Translations under genes and position numbers: made by a program
Source of the DNA: a virus
Taxonomy: Duplodnaviria > Caudoviricetes
DNA length: 51,228 bases
IMG/VR virus record: IMGVR_UViG_3300044841_000145
Coordinates: 1-51,228 of that record
Strand: one strand, 5' to 3'
Part shown: positions 16,201 through 26,073 of the stretch, in pieces
Layout of the letters: every line of letters begins with the position of its first letter
How positions within the stretch are numbered: the first letter of the stretch is position 1
Notes under the pieces: generated by a model
The model's database searches: none
Told to the model about the DNA's origin: nothing
The model's input: only the letters and a program-made list of their open reading frames with translations

Positions 16201-17413
16201 GCGGATCCTGTCGCTCGCCTTCACCCTGTCCCCGATCGGGCTCGTCGTCACCCTGATCGCCGGGCTGGTCGCCGCGCTGATCTACGCCTGGAACAACAGC
16301 GAGACGTTCCGGACCATCGTCACCGGTGCTTTTCAGGCCGTCGCTGACTTCGTGACCGGGGCGATCGCGACGATCTCGTCGGTGATCTCGTCGATCGTCG
16401 GCGTGATCGTGTCGGTGGCCGGGTCGGTCGGGAGCTTCGTCGGCACGGTGATCGGGTTCTTCGGGAACCTCGTCGGCACCGTGGTAGGCGCGGTGACCGG
16501 GTTCGCCAGCAACCTCACAGGGCTCTGGCTGAATCTGATCTCCACCGTCGTCGGAGCGGTGACCGGCTTCGTCAGCAACGTCATCTCGGGCTGGCAGAAC
16601 TTGATCGGCAACGTCGTCGGCGCCGTCAGCGGGTTCGTGGGCAACATCATCGGGTTCTTCGGGAACCTCGCCTCGACCGTGCTGGGCAACATCGGCGGGT
16701 TCATCGGCAACATCGTCAACTTCTTCGTCGGTCTCCCCGGCCGGGTCCTCGGCTCGCTCGGCGGATGGATCGGGCAGATGGTGAACCTCGGCTGGAACGT
16801 CATCCAAGGCCTCATCAACGGCCTCTCCTCCGCCGCGCAGGGCGTCATCAACTTCCTGATGAACCTCGCTCAGCGAGCCCTCAACTCGGTCCTCTCGTTC
16901 TTCGGCATCGCGTCCCCGTCGAAGGTGTTCGCCGACGTCGGCCGCCAGCTCGGGCTCGGTCTGGCGCAGGGCGTCGACCGCATCACCCCCGCAGTCGAGC
17001 GCGCCACCGAACGCATGTCGGCCGCCGCGGTGGATGCCGTCGACATCTCCGCCGCCGGTGACGCCGCACAGCGGGTCCTCGACCAGCTCGACCCCGCGAA
17101 CGTCCGCGGTGGAGACGGCTCGGCGCTCGGGGACTACATCTCCTCCGCCGTCCAGGCGCAGCTCGGGGACCTCACCGTCCGCAGCCAGGTCAACGCCACC
17201 GACGCGACGTCGCGGGTCGTGCAGGTCCAGCAGGACCCCGGCCCCACGGCCGACGACATCGGCCGGGCGGTCGCTGCAGCCATCGAGCGTGCAGGCCTCG
17301 GCGGCGGAGACCTGACGTTCAACCAGACGATCGAGCCGAGTGTCGTGCCGACCGCCGACCAGGCCGCCCAAGACCTCCGCACGCTCTCCGCCCTTGGGGT
17401 GTTCTCCCGGTGA
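13229..17413 (+). CDS. Tape measure protein
   Basis: 1394 aa, Ala-rich coiled coil; AYVSV N-terminus; hydrophobic periodic repeats; FGIASPSKVF motif. Confidence 0.92.
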   Translation: MSRAIAVQLDTAYVSVEAESSGAERDAATAGRRFGKAFADGADREASRTNVADRLSREVEQASQRVARARTAETRAAQQVQSAEDRLAAARTRAENAAGRVVVAETRLQTLRASGRAGADQLVAAEERVNAARRGAESANSAVERSTSRVADAQQRLASANQAVEGAISRHRGAQDGLSSSMSRSGSAAESLAQRLRRMGDEGASVGQRIRAALDGISLAGLSGQISRVNFSGLVSGANQANSSLRQLSDSGSGSSFSGLISGGLRAGAGLVALGTAAAASYAALGGGIAIIGAVGASLGSLAGIAAAVPAALGGVALGVGAMRLGLSGIGGALQALGAAQSASGAAAGASAAAHEAAAERIRSAQMSLQSAQTAADRASIDGARAVAAARRALADAQASAAQRIADSERNLARASQAASDAQIQSIRRIADAQDTLVRAQRSARQAQEDLTRAVRDAREAQEDLALSVRGAALSEEEAVIALADAQERLAQARNVGVDGRELQRLDLDARQAALRLDETRERYQDLQQESEASAAAGINGSDGVVSAQQRVADAADEVRRAEQGITDARAEAARSAQESAQRVADAQRELAQAQVDGARQVADAQEGLTVAQEMASRAQVDAALRVSEAQRDVANAIREAGQAGAAGAGGIDQVALAMSKLSPAGREVVLALNAMRPAWNAMQMGVQQRLLEGLAGPITQLGTTYIPILGAALGTVADAFNLAGRNALTFFNDADTVGQLRPALDLVAQGVANAARAFMPLTEAFTDIFTVGATFMPRLGAAIEGVAQRFANFISAAEASGQLAGWIEGGITAFQTLGAILGNLGGVIGGVFAAANQVTGGFGGTLLRLTDQLNNTVNSVAGQQALTAFFQGAADAATALMPLIGGVVQALGVIGPVLSGIGVAIAPLLATIVQNLILGLQAAAPGITAFAVGFVQIFAAISPLLPVIGTLFSIIAPFLPILITVGAAIFGLVNTIITISRVITTLTAVWRILSLAFTLSPIGLVVTLIAGLVAALIYAWNNSETFRTIVTGAFQAVADFVTGAIATISSVISSIVGVIVSVAGSVGSFVGTVIGFFGNLVGTVVGAVTGFASNLTGLWLNLISTVVGAVTGFVSNVISGWQNLIGNVVGAVSGFVGNIIGFFGNLASTVLGNIGGFIGNIVNFFVGLPGRVLGSLGGWIGQMVNLGWNVIQGLINGLSSAAQGVINFLMNLAQRALNSVLSFFGIASPSKVFADVGRQLGLGLAQGVDRITPAVERATERMSAAAVDAVDISAAGDAAQRVLDQLDPANVRGGDGSALGDYISSAVQAQLGDLTVRSQVNATDATSRVVQVQQDPGPTADDIGRAVAAAIERAGLGGGDLTFNQTIEPSVVPTADQAAQDLRTLSALGVFSR

Positions 17414-18279
17414 CCGAACAGATCAGCGTCATCCGTTCCGACGGCGTCGAGGTGGACCTCGACCGCTGCGTGGACCGCTCCGTCGAGGGCGTCAACGGGC
17501 TGCTCGTCGTGCCGGCCAAGCGGGGCACGAACCTCGTGATCCCGGGCGCGCACGGCGAGCTGCACATCCCGGGGAAGCGGCACCAGGCCGGGGCAGTCGT
17601 GCTGCCGATGTGGGTGCGCGGTGTCCGGCCGGACGGCTCGATCCCGGACGCGACCGACGCCGGGGCGCGGCTGCTGTTCATGCAGAACCTCCGCGAGCTG
17701 ATCTCGACGTTCGTGGTCGACGAGCTGGTCACCATCCGGCACACGCTCAGCGACGGGACGGCGCGGGAGATCCGCGGCGAGGTGACCGCCACGGTCGAGC
17801 CGGAGGTGTCCGGGCGGGGCCGCTACAGCCTTGGCCGGATGGCTGTGGCGCTCAGCTGCCCGTCGCCGTTCTGGTCCGACCTCGACCCGGTCTCCGAGAT
17901 CGTCGTGGCCGGCGCCCCGCAGACGCTGGGCGCGTTCGCCGACGCGTCCGCCCCGATGGAGGACCTGCTCATCGCGTTCGCCCCGCAGAACAACCCGCGC
18001 TTCGAGCAGTCCTCGACCGGCGTCTTCGTGCGCATGCCGCGGGTCATCTCGTCCGGGCAGACGGTCACGGTCGACACCGCGGCGTGGCAGGTCTACGGGT
18101 CCGCCGGCGTCGCACCTGGCCTGTACGAGGACCTCGAGTACGGCGGCCGGGGGACGAGCCGGTGGTTCGCCTTGAAGCCCGAGCCGGGTGGTGGGCCGCC
18201 GGTCGTCGAACTCACGAACACCGGGGCCACGGCTGGCACTGCGGTGATCACCGGCAAGCGCAAGTACAAGATCGGATGA
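17410..18279 (+). CDS. Distal tail protein (Dit-like)
   Basis: Follows TMP with GTGA overlap; RGTNLVIPG.HG, L.CPSPFW, WFAL.P motifs. Confidence 0.75.
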   Translation: MTEQISVIRSDGVEVDLDRCVDRSVEGVNGLLVVPAKRGTNLVIPGAHGELHIPGKRHQAGAVVLPMWVRGVRPDGSIPDATDAGARLLFMQNLRELISTFVVDELVTIRHTLSDGTAREIRGEVTATVEPEVSGRGRYSLGRMAVALSCPSPFWSDLDPVSEIVVAGAPQTLGAFADASAPMEDLLIAFAPQNNPRFEQSSTGVFVRMPRVISSGQTVTVDTAAWQVYGSAGVAPGLYEDLEYGGRGTSRWFALKPEPGGGPPVVELTNTGATAGTAVITGKRKYKIG

Positions 18280-18695
18280 CGAGGATGCCCACGAAGCAGA
18301 GGAAGACGAAGCAGCCCGACCGGCCGCCCCTCTACGACCCCGCCGTGCACACGGACCCGGACGTCGAGGTGTTCGTCGAGCTGTACTGCGTGTGCGGCGC
18401 GCTGTGGCGGCAGCGGGATCCGGTGTCCTACGTCGAGCCGCGGGTGCGGGAGTTCCTGGCGGCGCACACCGGGCGGATGCACGGGCCGGCCAGCAAGGCC
18501 ACCTGCATCGACGCCCGCGAGGCCCGCCGCGAGGCAGGGTTCAAGGCGCTCGGGCGAGCCGACTACCGGCGCCGTGACTACCCGAACCTCGACACAACGG
18601 ACGCGACTGTCCGGGAGTGGCCCGCATTCCCGGTGCCGGTCGTGCATGTCGCCGCCCCGGCCGTGCCGCGGCGTGACCTGGAGGGAACGCCGTGA
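18276..18695 (+). CDS. Hypothetical protein (Cys/His-containing) inside the tail operon
   Basis: ATGA and GTGA overlaps with both neighbours; YCVCG...H..H.....C. Confidence 0.6.
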   Translation: MTRMPTKQRKTKQPDRPPLYDPAVHTDPDVEVFVELYCVCGALWRQRDPVSYVEPRVREFLAAHTGRMHGPASKATCIDAREARREAGFKALGRADYRRRDYPNLDTTDATVREWPAFPVPVVHVAAPAVPRRDLEGTP

Positions 18696-19111
18696 GCAAC
18701 CAGGTGTACGGCAAGGCCCGCGAAGCGTGGGCGGGCGGATTGATCAACTGGGGCACGGGCACCACCGGCGCTGCGATCCACCTCGACTTCGTCGACCTCG
18801 CCGACTACACGGTGTCGATCGCCTCGCACGAGTTCCGCTCGTCGGTCCCGGTCGGTGCGCGAGTGGCCACGGCAGGACCGCTGGTCGGGAAGTCCGCCAC
18901 CCTCGGCGCGCTCGACGCCACCGACCACACGGTCACCGGCGTGACCGGGGATCAGTTCGAGGCCGTGATCCTGTTCGTCAACACGGGCTCGGACGCGACC
19001 TCTCGGCTACTGATCTTCATCGATACCGCGTCCGGACTCCCCGGCACTCCGGTGGGCGGGGACTTCACCGTGGCCTGGGATAACGGCGCCAACAAGATCG
19101 CGACGCTCTGA
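18692..19111 (+). CDS. Minor tail/virion structural protein
   Basis: N.VY.KAREA..GG.INW...SRLLIFIDTASGLP.TP.GGD.TV.WDNGANKI family pattern. Confidence 0.7.
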   Translation: MSNQVYGKAREAWAGGLINWGTGTTGAAIHLDFVDLADYTVSIASHEFRSSVPVGARVATAGPLVGKSATLGALDATDHTVTGVTGDQFEAVILFVNTGSDATSRLLIFIDTASGLPGTPVGGDFTVAWDNGANKIATL

Positions 19112-20649
19112 TGACGACCCCCTACAGCCCTCAGGCCTGGGCCAACGGATCCGCCGGCGGCACCCCACTCTCCGGGTCCCGCCTCACGCACGCCGAAGCC
19201 GGGATCTTCGGCGCCGCGGCCTACTACAACGTCAAGAGCTTCGGCGCGGTCGGCGACGGCATCGCGGACGACACCGCCGAGATCCAGGCCACCATCGACG
19301 CCACCCCTGCGGGCGGGGTCGTGTGGTTCCCACCCGGCACGTACCTCGTCTCGGCGACGATCGTTATCCCCGGGCGCATCACGCTGATGGGCGGCGGCGG
19401 CCTCAGCGTTGGCACGACAATCAAGGCAGCCGCAGGCATCGCGGACGCCGTCATTGCGAGCGCCGCCTGGTACAACAACTCCACGACCTGCGGGAACCCG
19501 GTCCGCATCCAAGGCCTGGAGATCGACGGCAGCACCCTCGGGACCGCAGTCCGCGGACTGGTCCTCACCAACTTCTGGAGCAGGGTCTACGACTGCCAGT
19601 TCCGCAACCTCACCGGCCACGGGGTTGAGCTGAACGACCGGACCCGGAACACGACGAACGTCATCACCAACAGCGCCAGCGAGAACTCGATCGTCGAGTG
19701 CCGGTTCGCCAGCATCGGCGGCAACGCCATCCACCAGGAGGCCAGCAACCAGATCGCGAACCTCGACGGGCGCGTCGAGCGCTGCTTCATCTCATCGGTC
19801 GACGGCTACGGCATCCGCATCGACCGGTCGGCCGGATGGTTCGTGAGCGACAACCACATCTACACCATCGGCCTCGGCGCGATCCGGCTCGGGAACTACT
19901 ACGCGACGACCTGCCGCGGCAACTACATCGAGGACTTCGGCGGGCTGGACGCCGCCGGGGTGTTCTACAACGGCATCCTCATGACCGGCGGCCTGAACGG
20001 GCGCGCGTCGGAGCTGAACGGGAACATCGTCTCCACCGCTCAGCCCGCCTCGCCGGTCGCGAGCCGGTTCACGTGCTTCGCGGTCGTGGCAGGCAGCGGC
20101 CAGACCCGCGTCAACATCGCCATCGGCGGCGGGAACTACGCGCACTTCTCGTCAGGCACGGCCCCGACGGTGAAGCGATCCCGCGCGTTCGAGCTCGGGG
20201 CGGCCGCGGGCGGGCAGCTCAACGTCGAGTGGGGCTCCAACGCGATCGAGAACACGCCGAACTGGTCGGACACCCGGGTCGTCACCCAGCCCGCGCAGGT
20301 GGTGCTGCGAGGCGCCCACCCCGGCGGGGTCGTGACGCTGACGGACGGTGCGACCGTCGCACTGGACGCGGCGATGGGCCGGGTCCACAAGCTGGTCGCC
20401 GCGGGGGACCGCACGATCTCGGCGCCGCTGAACCCGGTCGAGGGCCAGCCCCTGGTCATCGAGCACACCGCTTCCGGTGCGGCTCGCACTCTGACCCTCA
20501 CGACGGGCAGCGCCGGTGCATTCGCGTTCGGCGCCGATGTCACTGGGTTGACGGCGACCGCGTCCGGGATGACCGACTACATCGGAGCGATCTACGACGC
20601 CACCGCAGCCCGGTTCCGGGTGGTCAGCTACTCAAAGGGCTACGCCTGA
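19111..20649 (+). CDS. Tail fibre/spike with pectate-lyase-like right-handed beta-helix
   Basis: YNVKSFGAVGDGIADDTAEIQATID...VWFPPGTYLVS (pectate lyase 3-like start) followed by Asn-rich parallel beta-helix repeats. Confidence 0.85.
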   Translation: MTTPYSPQAWANGSAGGTPLSGSRLTHAEAGIFGAAAYYNVKSFGAVGDGIADDTAEIQATIDATPAGGVVWFPPGTYLVSATIVIPGRITLMGGGGLSVGTTIKAAAGIADAVIASAAWYNNSTTCGNPVRIQGLEIDGSTLGTAVRGLVLTNFWSRVYDCQFRNLTGHGVELNDRTRNTTNVITNSASENSIVECRFASIGGNAIHQEASNQIANLDGRVERCFISSVDGYGIRIDRSAGWFVSDNHIYTIGLGAIRLGNYYATTCRGNYIEDFGGLDAAGVFYNGILMTGGLNGRASELNGNIVSTAQPASPVASRFTCFAVVAGSGQTRVNIAIGGGNYAHFSSGTAPTVKRSRAFELGAAAGGQLNVEWGSNAIENTPNWSDTRVVTQPAQVVLRGAHPGGVVTLTDGATVALDAAMGRVHKLVAAGDRTISAPLNPVEGQPLVIEHTASGAARTLTLTTGSAGAFAFGADVTGLTATASGMTDYIGAIYDATAARFRVVSYSKGYA

Positions 20650-21965
20650 TGGGCATCAGGCACAACGGCAGCTCGAACCCGTACCTCAAGGTCGGTGGCA
20701 CTGGCCTCACCAACGGGACGCGCGTTGCCGTCGCCGACCTACCCTCGCCCGACGGCGTCGCCCGAGGGTGGGCCTGGGAACGGGCCGCAGACGGTACGAC
20801 CAGCGTGCTCCTCCCCGAGACCGACTGTCTCGCAGCGGAGAACCGGAACCACTCCCTGTGGATCAAGCCGATCGGGGCCACTAGCCCGGTCGCCACGCTG
20901 TTCATGCAGTCCTACGCCGGCGCCACGTTCGTCTCCGGGCACGGGTCGGGCGTGACGTACCCGCTGGCCACCGGGGTCTGGACGCGGATCGACCGCAGTC
21001 AGGTGACCGCGTCGCTCGCAGCCGGCGACACCGCGGACGCGACCCGGATGCGGACGCTGGTCCGGTGCAGCGGCGGCGGCACCTTCCAGGTGGCGCTGTT
21101 CCTGTGGGAGGGCGCGGCGTCCCTCGCCGAGGCGGGCACCCCGCCGGGCGCCTACTTCGACGGTGACACGGGGACCGCGTACGGCTCGCCGGGTGCCGCC
21201 TGGGATGCAGGCACCGACGGCACGTCGACGCTGACCCTCCCCGATGGCCCGGTGCAGGTCGGCACTGCCGTCGCAAACGGCGGGCAGAACACCGCTGTCA
21301 GCCTTGCCGCTCCCAGTGGCACCGCCACCGGAGACCACCAGGGCGTCGTGCTGCACGTTGCCACCACCGGCGAAACCATGCCCGCCCCCGCGGCTGGGTG
21401 GCTACTCCGCGGCTCCCTGTCCATGACCGGAGGGCAGGCGGGCGGCACCGACACGACCCAGACGCTGTTCTACACAGCCGACCCGACGGCCGACCCCGCC
21501 GCAGCAGCCTTCACGCTGACGAAGCCCGGCAGCCGCCTGTGGCGCGGCTGCCGGTTCACCTTCCGGGGCGGCCCCGGCTGGAATCTCGCCAGCTTGACCA
21601 TCGGCACCTCACCGCTCGGCACCTCGCACGCCGTCCCCGCCCAGACCACCACGGTCGCCGACTCGGTCGTCATCGGCGGAGTCGCCCTCGACCCGGGCAC
21701 CGCCACCACCGCCACGGTGACCGAGCCGGCCGGGTGGACGGAACTGTCCGACACCACGCAGGCCACCGCTACCGGCACCCTGGAGGCGCTCACGGTCGCG
21801 GTTGCCTCGATCGTCAAGGCCACCCCCGGCGCTGTGACCGGCAGCTTCACACCGTCGATCTCGGACGACGCCATGGTGTGGTCCATCGTCCTGCCGTCCG
21901 CTGCGGCCCCGGCATCGACGATCGCCCGGACCCGCGGCTTCCTGTCGATCCTCCTGGGCGGCTGA
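20649..21965 (+). CDS. Minor tail protein with carbohydrate-binding-like beta domains
   Basis: TGATG overlap; YFDGD...AAW..GT..TS motif of actinophage minor tail proteins; Thr/Gly-rich C-terminal domain. Confidence 0.7.
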   Translation: MGIRHNGSSNPYLKVGGTGLTNGTRVAVADLPSPDGVARGWAWERAADGTTSVLLPETDCLAAENRNHSLWIKPIGATSPVATLFMQSYAGATFVSGHGSGVTYPLATGVWTRIDRSQVTASLAAGDTADATRMRTLVRCSGGGTFQVALFLWEGAASLAEAGTPPGAYFDGDTGTAYGSPGAAWDAGTDGTSTLTLPDGPVQVGTAVANGGQNTAVSLAAPSGTATGDHQGVVLHVATTGETMPAPAAGWLLRGSLSMTGGQAGGTDTTQTLFYTADPTADPAAAAFTLTKPGSRLWRGCRFTFRGGPGWNLASLTIGTSPLGTSHAVPAQTTTVADSVVIGGVALDPGTATTATVTEPAGWTELSDTTQATATGTLEALTVAVASIVKATPGAVTGSFTPSISDDAMVWSIVLPSAAAPASTIARTRGFLSILLGG

Positions 21966-21968
21966 GTC

Positions 21969-24893
21969 GTGGCGGTCATCGACCTGGGCGGCGTCCCCAA
22001 CCCGCCGTACCCGAGCGAGACGCTCTTCCCGGACACGACCCTGTTCCCGGACCAGCCAGAGGGCGGCATCCCCGCCCCGCCGGTGGGGACTCCGCGGGTG
22101 GTGCCGATCATCCGGCCGTCCGGGATCGCGGCGCCCGGGGTGGGCATCCCGACGCTGGAGTCGGCGATCCGTCCGCCGCTACGCGTGGACTTCTGGGCAG
22201 TCGACGACGACGGCTCGCTCCTGTGCCCGCTCCCGCACGTCGTGTCGTGGGACCTGTCGATGGTGCCGGGCGAGGCCGGGGCGGTGACGCTCGAATATCC
22301 GGTCGACGGCATCAACTACGACGCGCTCGTGGAGCGAGTGACCGCGGCCCGGGACCTGTTCATTCGGATCCGCACGGACGGCACGCACGATCGCAGCCTC
22401 GGCGCGCTGCTCTACGCCTCGGACGGCGACGAGGTTGCCGAGGGCGCCACGCGCACCTTCTACGGCCGGTTCCTGACCGGCCTGCTCGCCGAGGCGCCGC
22501 TGCCGTACAACCAGTCCGGCCTCGACGGGGAGTGGGGCTGGGCCGACGCGACGGCCGGCGACATCCTGCACGCAGTCCTCACGATCCTGCAGACCGACGG
22601 CTACCTCGCCGGGTTCACATGGACGTTCACCGGGGACCACGACTCCAACGGGATCGCCTGGGCATCCCAGACCAGCCCTCGCTTCCCTCCCGGCCGCACC
22701 GCGCTCGAGGTGGCGCAGCAGCTGCGCGAGTGGGGGATGCTTGAGTTCGAGGTCGCCGCCGACCTGGAGATCCGGGCGTTCGAGCCGACCGCGGTGGGCA
22801 CGGACCACACCGCGAACGACCCGCCGATGGTGTTCCGCGCCGGCCGCGACCTGTCCGAGGCTCCCCGCCGCACGGACGTGTCGGCCGCCGCCACGACGCT
22901 GATGATCGCCGGGGCCGACGGGGTCTACGTCGAGGTGGAGGACCCGACGGCCGTTGCGACGCGCGGCCGGAAGATCGGGCAGTTCCTGAGCGAGGGCAAC
23001 CTCGCCTCCTCCGTCGCTGCTCTCGCCTACGGCAACCTTGAGCTGCCGCGGCGGGTGACGGGCACCGACGAGCGCACCCGCGCGCTCACCTTCGACCAGG
23101 ACCAGCCCGTCCCGCTCCGCGAGCTCATGCCGCTGGACTGGGTGTACGACGACACCGGGTCAGGCCTGCGCCGCGAGCGCATCGCGCAGATCACCGTGTC
23201 GCAGTCGCAGGGCGAGGACCGCTACTCCGGCGGCATCGTCCTCGGCGACCTCATCAACAGCCGCGACGTCGCCATCCAGCGCCAACTCTCCGGCCTGGCG
23301 GCCGGGCAGATCATCACCGGGGCCTCGACCCCCTCACCCTCGGTCGACGACGGGAAGGCTCCGGGGCAGGTCGTCGGGCTCGCCGTCGCCTCCGCGCCGT
23401 ACCCGGATCAGGACCGCACCGCCGCGATCGTCACCGCCACCTGGGTCAACGTCACCGAAAACGCCGACGGGACCCCGATGGGGGACCTGTCGCACTTCGA
23501 GCCGCAGTTCCGGTACTCGGGCGGGCTGCCGGGACTCCCGACGGCGTGGATCCCCGCGCCGCCGGTGCTCGGGCTGACCGCCACCTGGGACGGGGTCGTC
23601 GCCGGCACGCCCATCAGCGTCAGGGTCCGCGCGGTCGACCAGTTCGGCCGGGCCGGGGCCTGGGCCACCGAGGTAGGACACGTCACGCAGGACGACGCCA
23701 CACCGCCTCCGACCCCGTCCGACCCGGTCGCCGCGTCCTACCTGGGGATCTTCACCGTCACCTGGGACGGCCTCGGCTCGGCGGGCGAGGTGCAGCCGCC
23801 GGACTTCTCACACGTCGAGGTCCACGCCAGCCTCTCCGCAGCGTTCGTCCCCGATCGGCCGCTGAACCCCGACGGCACGCTGAACACCGACCTCTCGACG
23901 ACCTACATCGACAGGCTGACGGGCGCCGGGACGATGCCGTCCACGATCGGCGAGTACGGGCAGACGTGGTTCGCGCGGCTAGTCTCGGTCGACAAGTCCC
24001 ACAACGCCTCTGCCGCGTCGGTCGTCGACTCCGCCACGCTCGTGGAGGTCGGCGACGGGGACATCGCCTCCGTCAGCATCGGCAAGCTGACCGCCGGGAT
24101 CATGAACGCGCTCATGACGGTGTCCGGGATCATCCGGACGGCCACCTCCGGAGCCAGGGTCGAGCTCGACACGGCCGGGTTCCGCTGCTACTCCAGTACC
24201 GGCGCGGTGCTGCTCAACTTCTCGATCCCCACGAGCCTGCTGTCGATCGTCGGGCGCCTCACCGCAGGGGCCGGCATCGGATCCGGGTCCACGGTCGTGA
24301 TCGAGCCAGGGCCCCCACCGTCGATCTCGCTCTATCCGAACGCCACCGCCGAGCGGTACCGCATGTTCTCGCTGCCATTCCCCCTGCCGACCGGCGGCAC
24401 CGGCCCGGCGTTCGGGCTCGAGCGGATCAACACCGGTGGGGTTTCATCCGGCCCGTCGCTCTTCGCCTGGGACGTAGGGGTGCTGCTCGGGCACAAAACG
24501 TCTGCAGGCACCTACACCACGACCGGCGGCGGTGTGCAGCTCTACGCCGCCAGTACGGGCTTCGGCGCCTACCTCGCCGCCGATGACGGCTGGCTACAGG
24601 TGGAGAACAATGGCAGGTTTCGGCTGCAAGGCCGCTTCGCCGCCGGTGACGCCGGCTCCGGTGGGGCGGGTGCCCTCTTCATGGGGTTCGCGAACGTGAC
24701 CAGCGCCAACTCTGGGATCAACTTCGCCTACGGGGGCACGATGGCCGACGCGCGAGTCATCCTGCATTCGTGGCAGGGCGGGAACACGTATACCTATCTG
24801 TCGGCCGTGTCAGCAACTGGCTTCACGATTCTCAAAGGAAACACCGCCGACTCCGGTTGGATTCACTACGCCTCGTTCGGGACGGACATCTGA
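21969..24893 (+). CDS. Baseplate hub/Tal-like minor tail protein with FN3-like domains
   Basis: 974 aa; LEYP.DG.N N-terminal motif; VRVRAVDQFGR.GAW and RLVSVDKS.N.SA.S FN3-like strands; KLTAG and IRTATSGARVE motifs. Confidence 0.8.
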   Translation: MAVIDLGGVPNPPYPSETLFPDTTLFPDQPEGGIPAPPVGTPRVVPIIRPSGIAAPGVGIPTLESAIRPPLRVDFWAVDDDGSLLCPLPHVVSWDLSMVPGEAGAVTLEYPVDGINYDALVERVTAARDLFIRIRTDGTHDRSLGALLYASDGDEVAEGATRTFYGRFLTGLLAEAPLPYNQSGLDGEWGWADATAGDILHAVLTILQTDGYLAGFTWTFTGDHDSNGIAWASQTSPRFPPGRTALEVAQQLREWGMLEFEVAADLEIRAFEPTAVGTDHTANDPPMVFRAGRDLSEAPRRTDVSAAATTLMIAGADGVYVEVEDPTAVATRGRKIGQFLSEGNLASSVAALAYGNLELPRRVTGTDERTRALTFDQDQPVPLRELMPLDWVYDDTGSGLRRERIAQITVSQSQGEDRYSGGIVLGDLINSRDVAIQRQLSGLAAGQIITGASTPSPSVDDGKAPGQVVGLAVASAPYPDQDRTAAIVTATWVNVTENADGTPMGDLSHFEPQFRYSGGLPGLPTAWIPAPPVLGLTATWDGVVAGTPISVRVRAVDQFGRAGAWATEVGHVTQDDATPPPTPSDPVAASYLGIFTVTWDGLGSAGEVQPPDFSHVEVHASLSAAFVPDRPLNPDGTLNTDLSTTYIDRLTGAGTMPSTIGEYGQTWFARLVSVDKSHNASAASVVDSATLVEVGDGDIASVSIGKLTAGIMNALMTVSGIIRTATSGARVELDTAGFRCYSSTGAVLLNFSIPTSLLSIVGRLTAGAGIGSGSTVVIEPGPPPSISLYPNATAERYRMFSLPFPLPTGGTGPAFGLERINTGGVSSGPSLFAWDVGVLLGHKTSAGTYTTTGGGVQLYAASTGFGAYLAADDGWLQVENNGRFRLQGRFAAGDAGSGGAGALFMGFANVTSANSGINFAYGGTMADARVILHSWQGGNTYTYLSAVSATGFTILKGNTADSGWIHYASFGTDI

Positions 24894-25582
24894 TGCAAAT
24901 CACCGTGCACCACGCCGACCTCGTGAAGATGGGCGGCGGCCGCGCCTGGATGGTCGGCACGCTGGTGGAAGCCGACGATGCCACCGCCCAGCGCATGGGG
25001 CTGCCGACCGGCGGCGGCCCGGTCGCAATGGTGTCGGTGCTGCCAGAGGAGATGTTCGAGAACCTCGCCGTCGAGTACGGGCTCGACCCGGACGACTTCG
25101 ACATCCTCCTCGACGTGGCCCTGTACCTGCCGTACGTCGACGACCCGATCACGCACGACCACCCGAAGGCGCCGCACCTCGTCGACGACATCGCAGAAGC
25201 GCGTGAACACGTCCTCGATCAGGTGCGCGCGAAAAAGGGCCGCGGTCGAGTGGCCGGAGAGAAAGGCCGGTCGAAGATCGGCGCGGCCGGACCTCTGATG
25301 CAGATCTTGGCCGATTCTGGGGTTGAGGACCCGATCGAGGTGCTGCGGCGGGAGATGCCGATGTCCCTGCCGCACATCGAGATCAAGCGGGAGGCGTACC
25401 GGCAACAGCGGGATCGGGTGCGGCGGGAACGCGGCGCCCGCGCGGCCGTCCAGCAGGAGCGCCGTGTCGGGGCGGGGCGTAGCCGGGAAACCCCGGAGGA
25501 AATGCGGACCCGCCTGATCGCGGAGCGCGCACTGCCTGCCCCTGAGGAGCCCGGGGACGAACACGCGTCTTCCACCCCCTGA
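24893..25582 (+). CDS. Hypothetical tail-associated protein (229 aa)
   Basis: TGATG overlap; AVEYGLDP.D.D.LLDV.L motif seen after actinophage Tal genes. Confidence 0.65.
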   Translation: MQITVHHADLVKMGGGRAWMVGTLVEADDATAQRMGLPTGGGPVAMVSVLPEEMFENLAVEYGLDPDDFDILLDVALYLPYVDDPITHDHPKAPHLVDDIAEAREHVLDQVRAKKGRGRVAGEKGRSKIGAAGPLMQILADSGVEDPIEVLRREMPMSLPHIEIKREAYRQQRDRVRRERGARAAVQQERRVGAGRSRETPEEMRTRLIAERALPAPEEPGDEHASSTP

Positions 25583-25608
25583 CCCAACTCCCAGACGTCT
25601 ACTGCGGC

Positions 25609-26073
25609 GTGGACATGTCCGCCCCGGAGGACGGGAGACCCGCGCTGGGCTCGCATCGTGCTGGCCGGCGCGCTGGTCGCGAGATCGTTGTCGACGGCCA
25701 CGTCGTGCGTCGGGTGCAGCTGGTCGTGGCGTGCGCGAACGCCGCGGTCGCGGCTGCGTTCATCGTGGCCCCCGCCGGCTCCGCCCCGTCGATCGTGCTC
25801 ATGCAGGCTGTGGCGCCGCTGTGGGCGTGGGGTGTCGGGTACGCGCTGGTGGCCGTACTGCTGACGGTCGACCGGCTCCTAGCCGCGCACCTCCTGGCCG
25901 TGCCGCTGTGGCTGTTCTGGGGCGCCTCCGCCGTCCTCGGCCTGGCGACTGGTGCGACCCTGTCGCCTGCCGTGACGATCGCGCTCACGGGGCTGATCCT
26001 CCTGATGGCCGGACTGCACGCGAACGGGCTGATCTGGCGTCGTCGGGAAGCCCGGGCGCGGCGTGCGACGTGA
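25609..26073 (+). CDS. Membrane protein (about 4 TM)
   Basis: Hydrophobic helices; GTG lies 38 nt after an ACACGCGTCT box. Confidence 0.65.
   Translation: MDMSAPEDGRPALGSHRAGRRAGREIVVDGHVVRRVQLVVACANAAVAAAFIVAPAGSAPSIVLMQAVAPLWAWGVGYALVAVLLTVDRLLAAHLLAVPLWLFWGASAVLGLATGATLSPAVTIALTGLILLMAGLHANGLIWRRREARARRAT

Noticed and set aside
16380-16860. Periodic repeats in the tape measure gene
   Set aside because: Ordinary aromatic-spaced TMP repeats; not novel.
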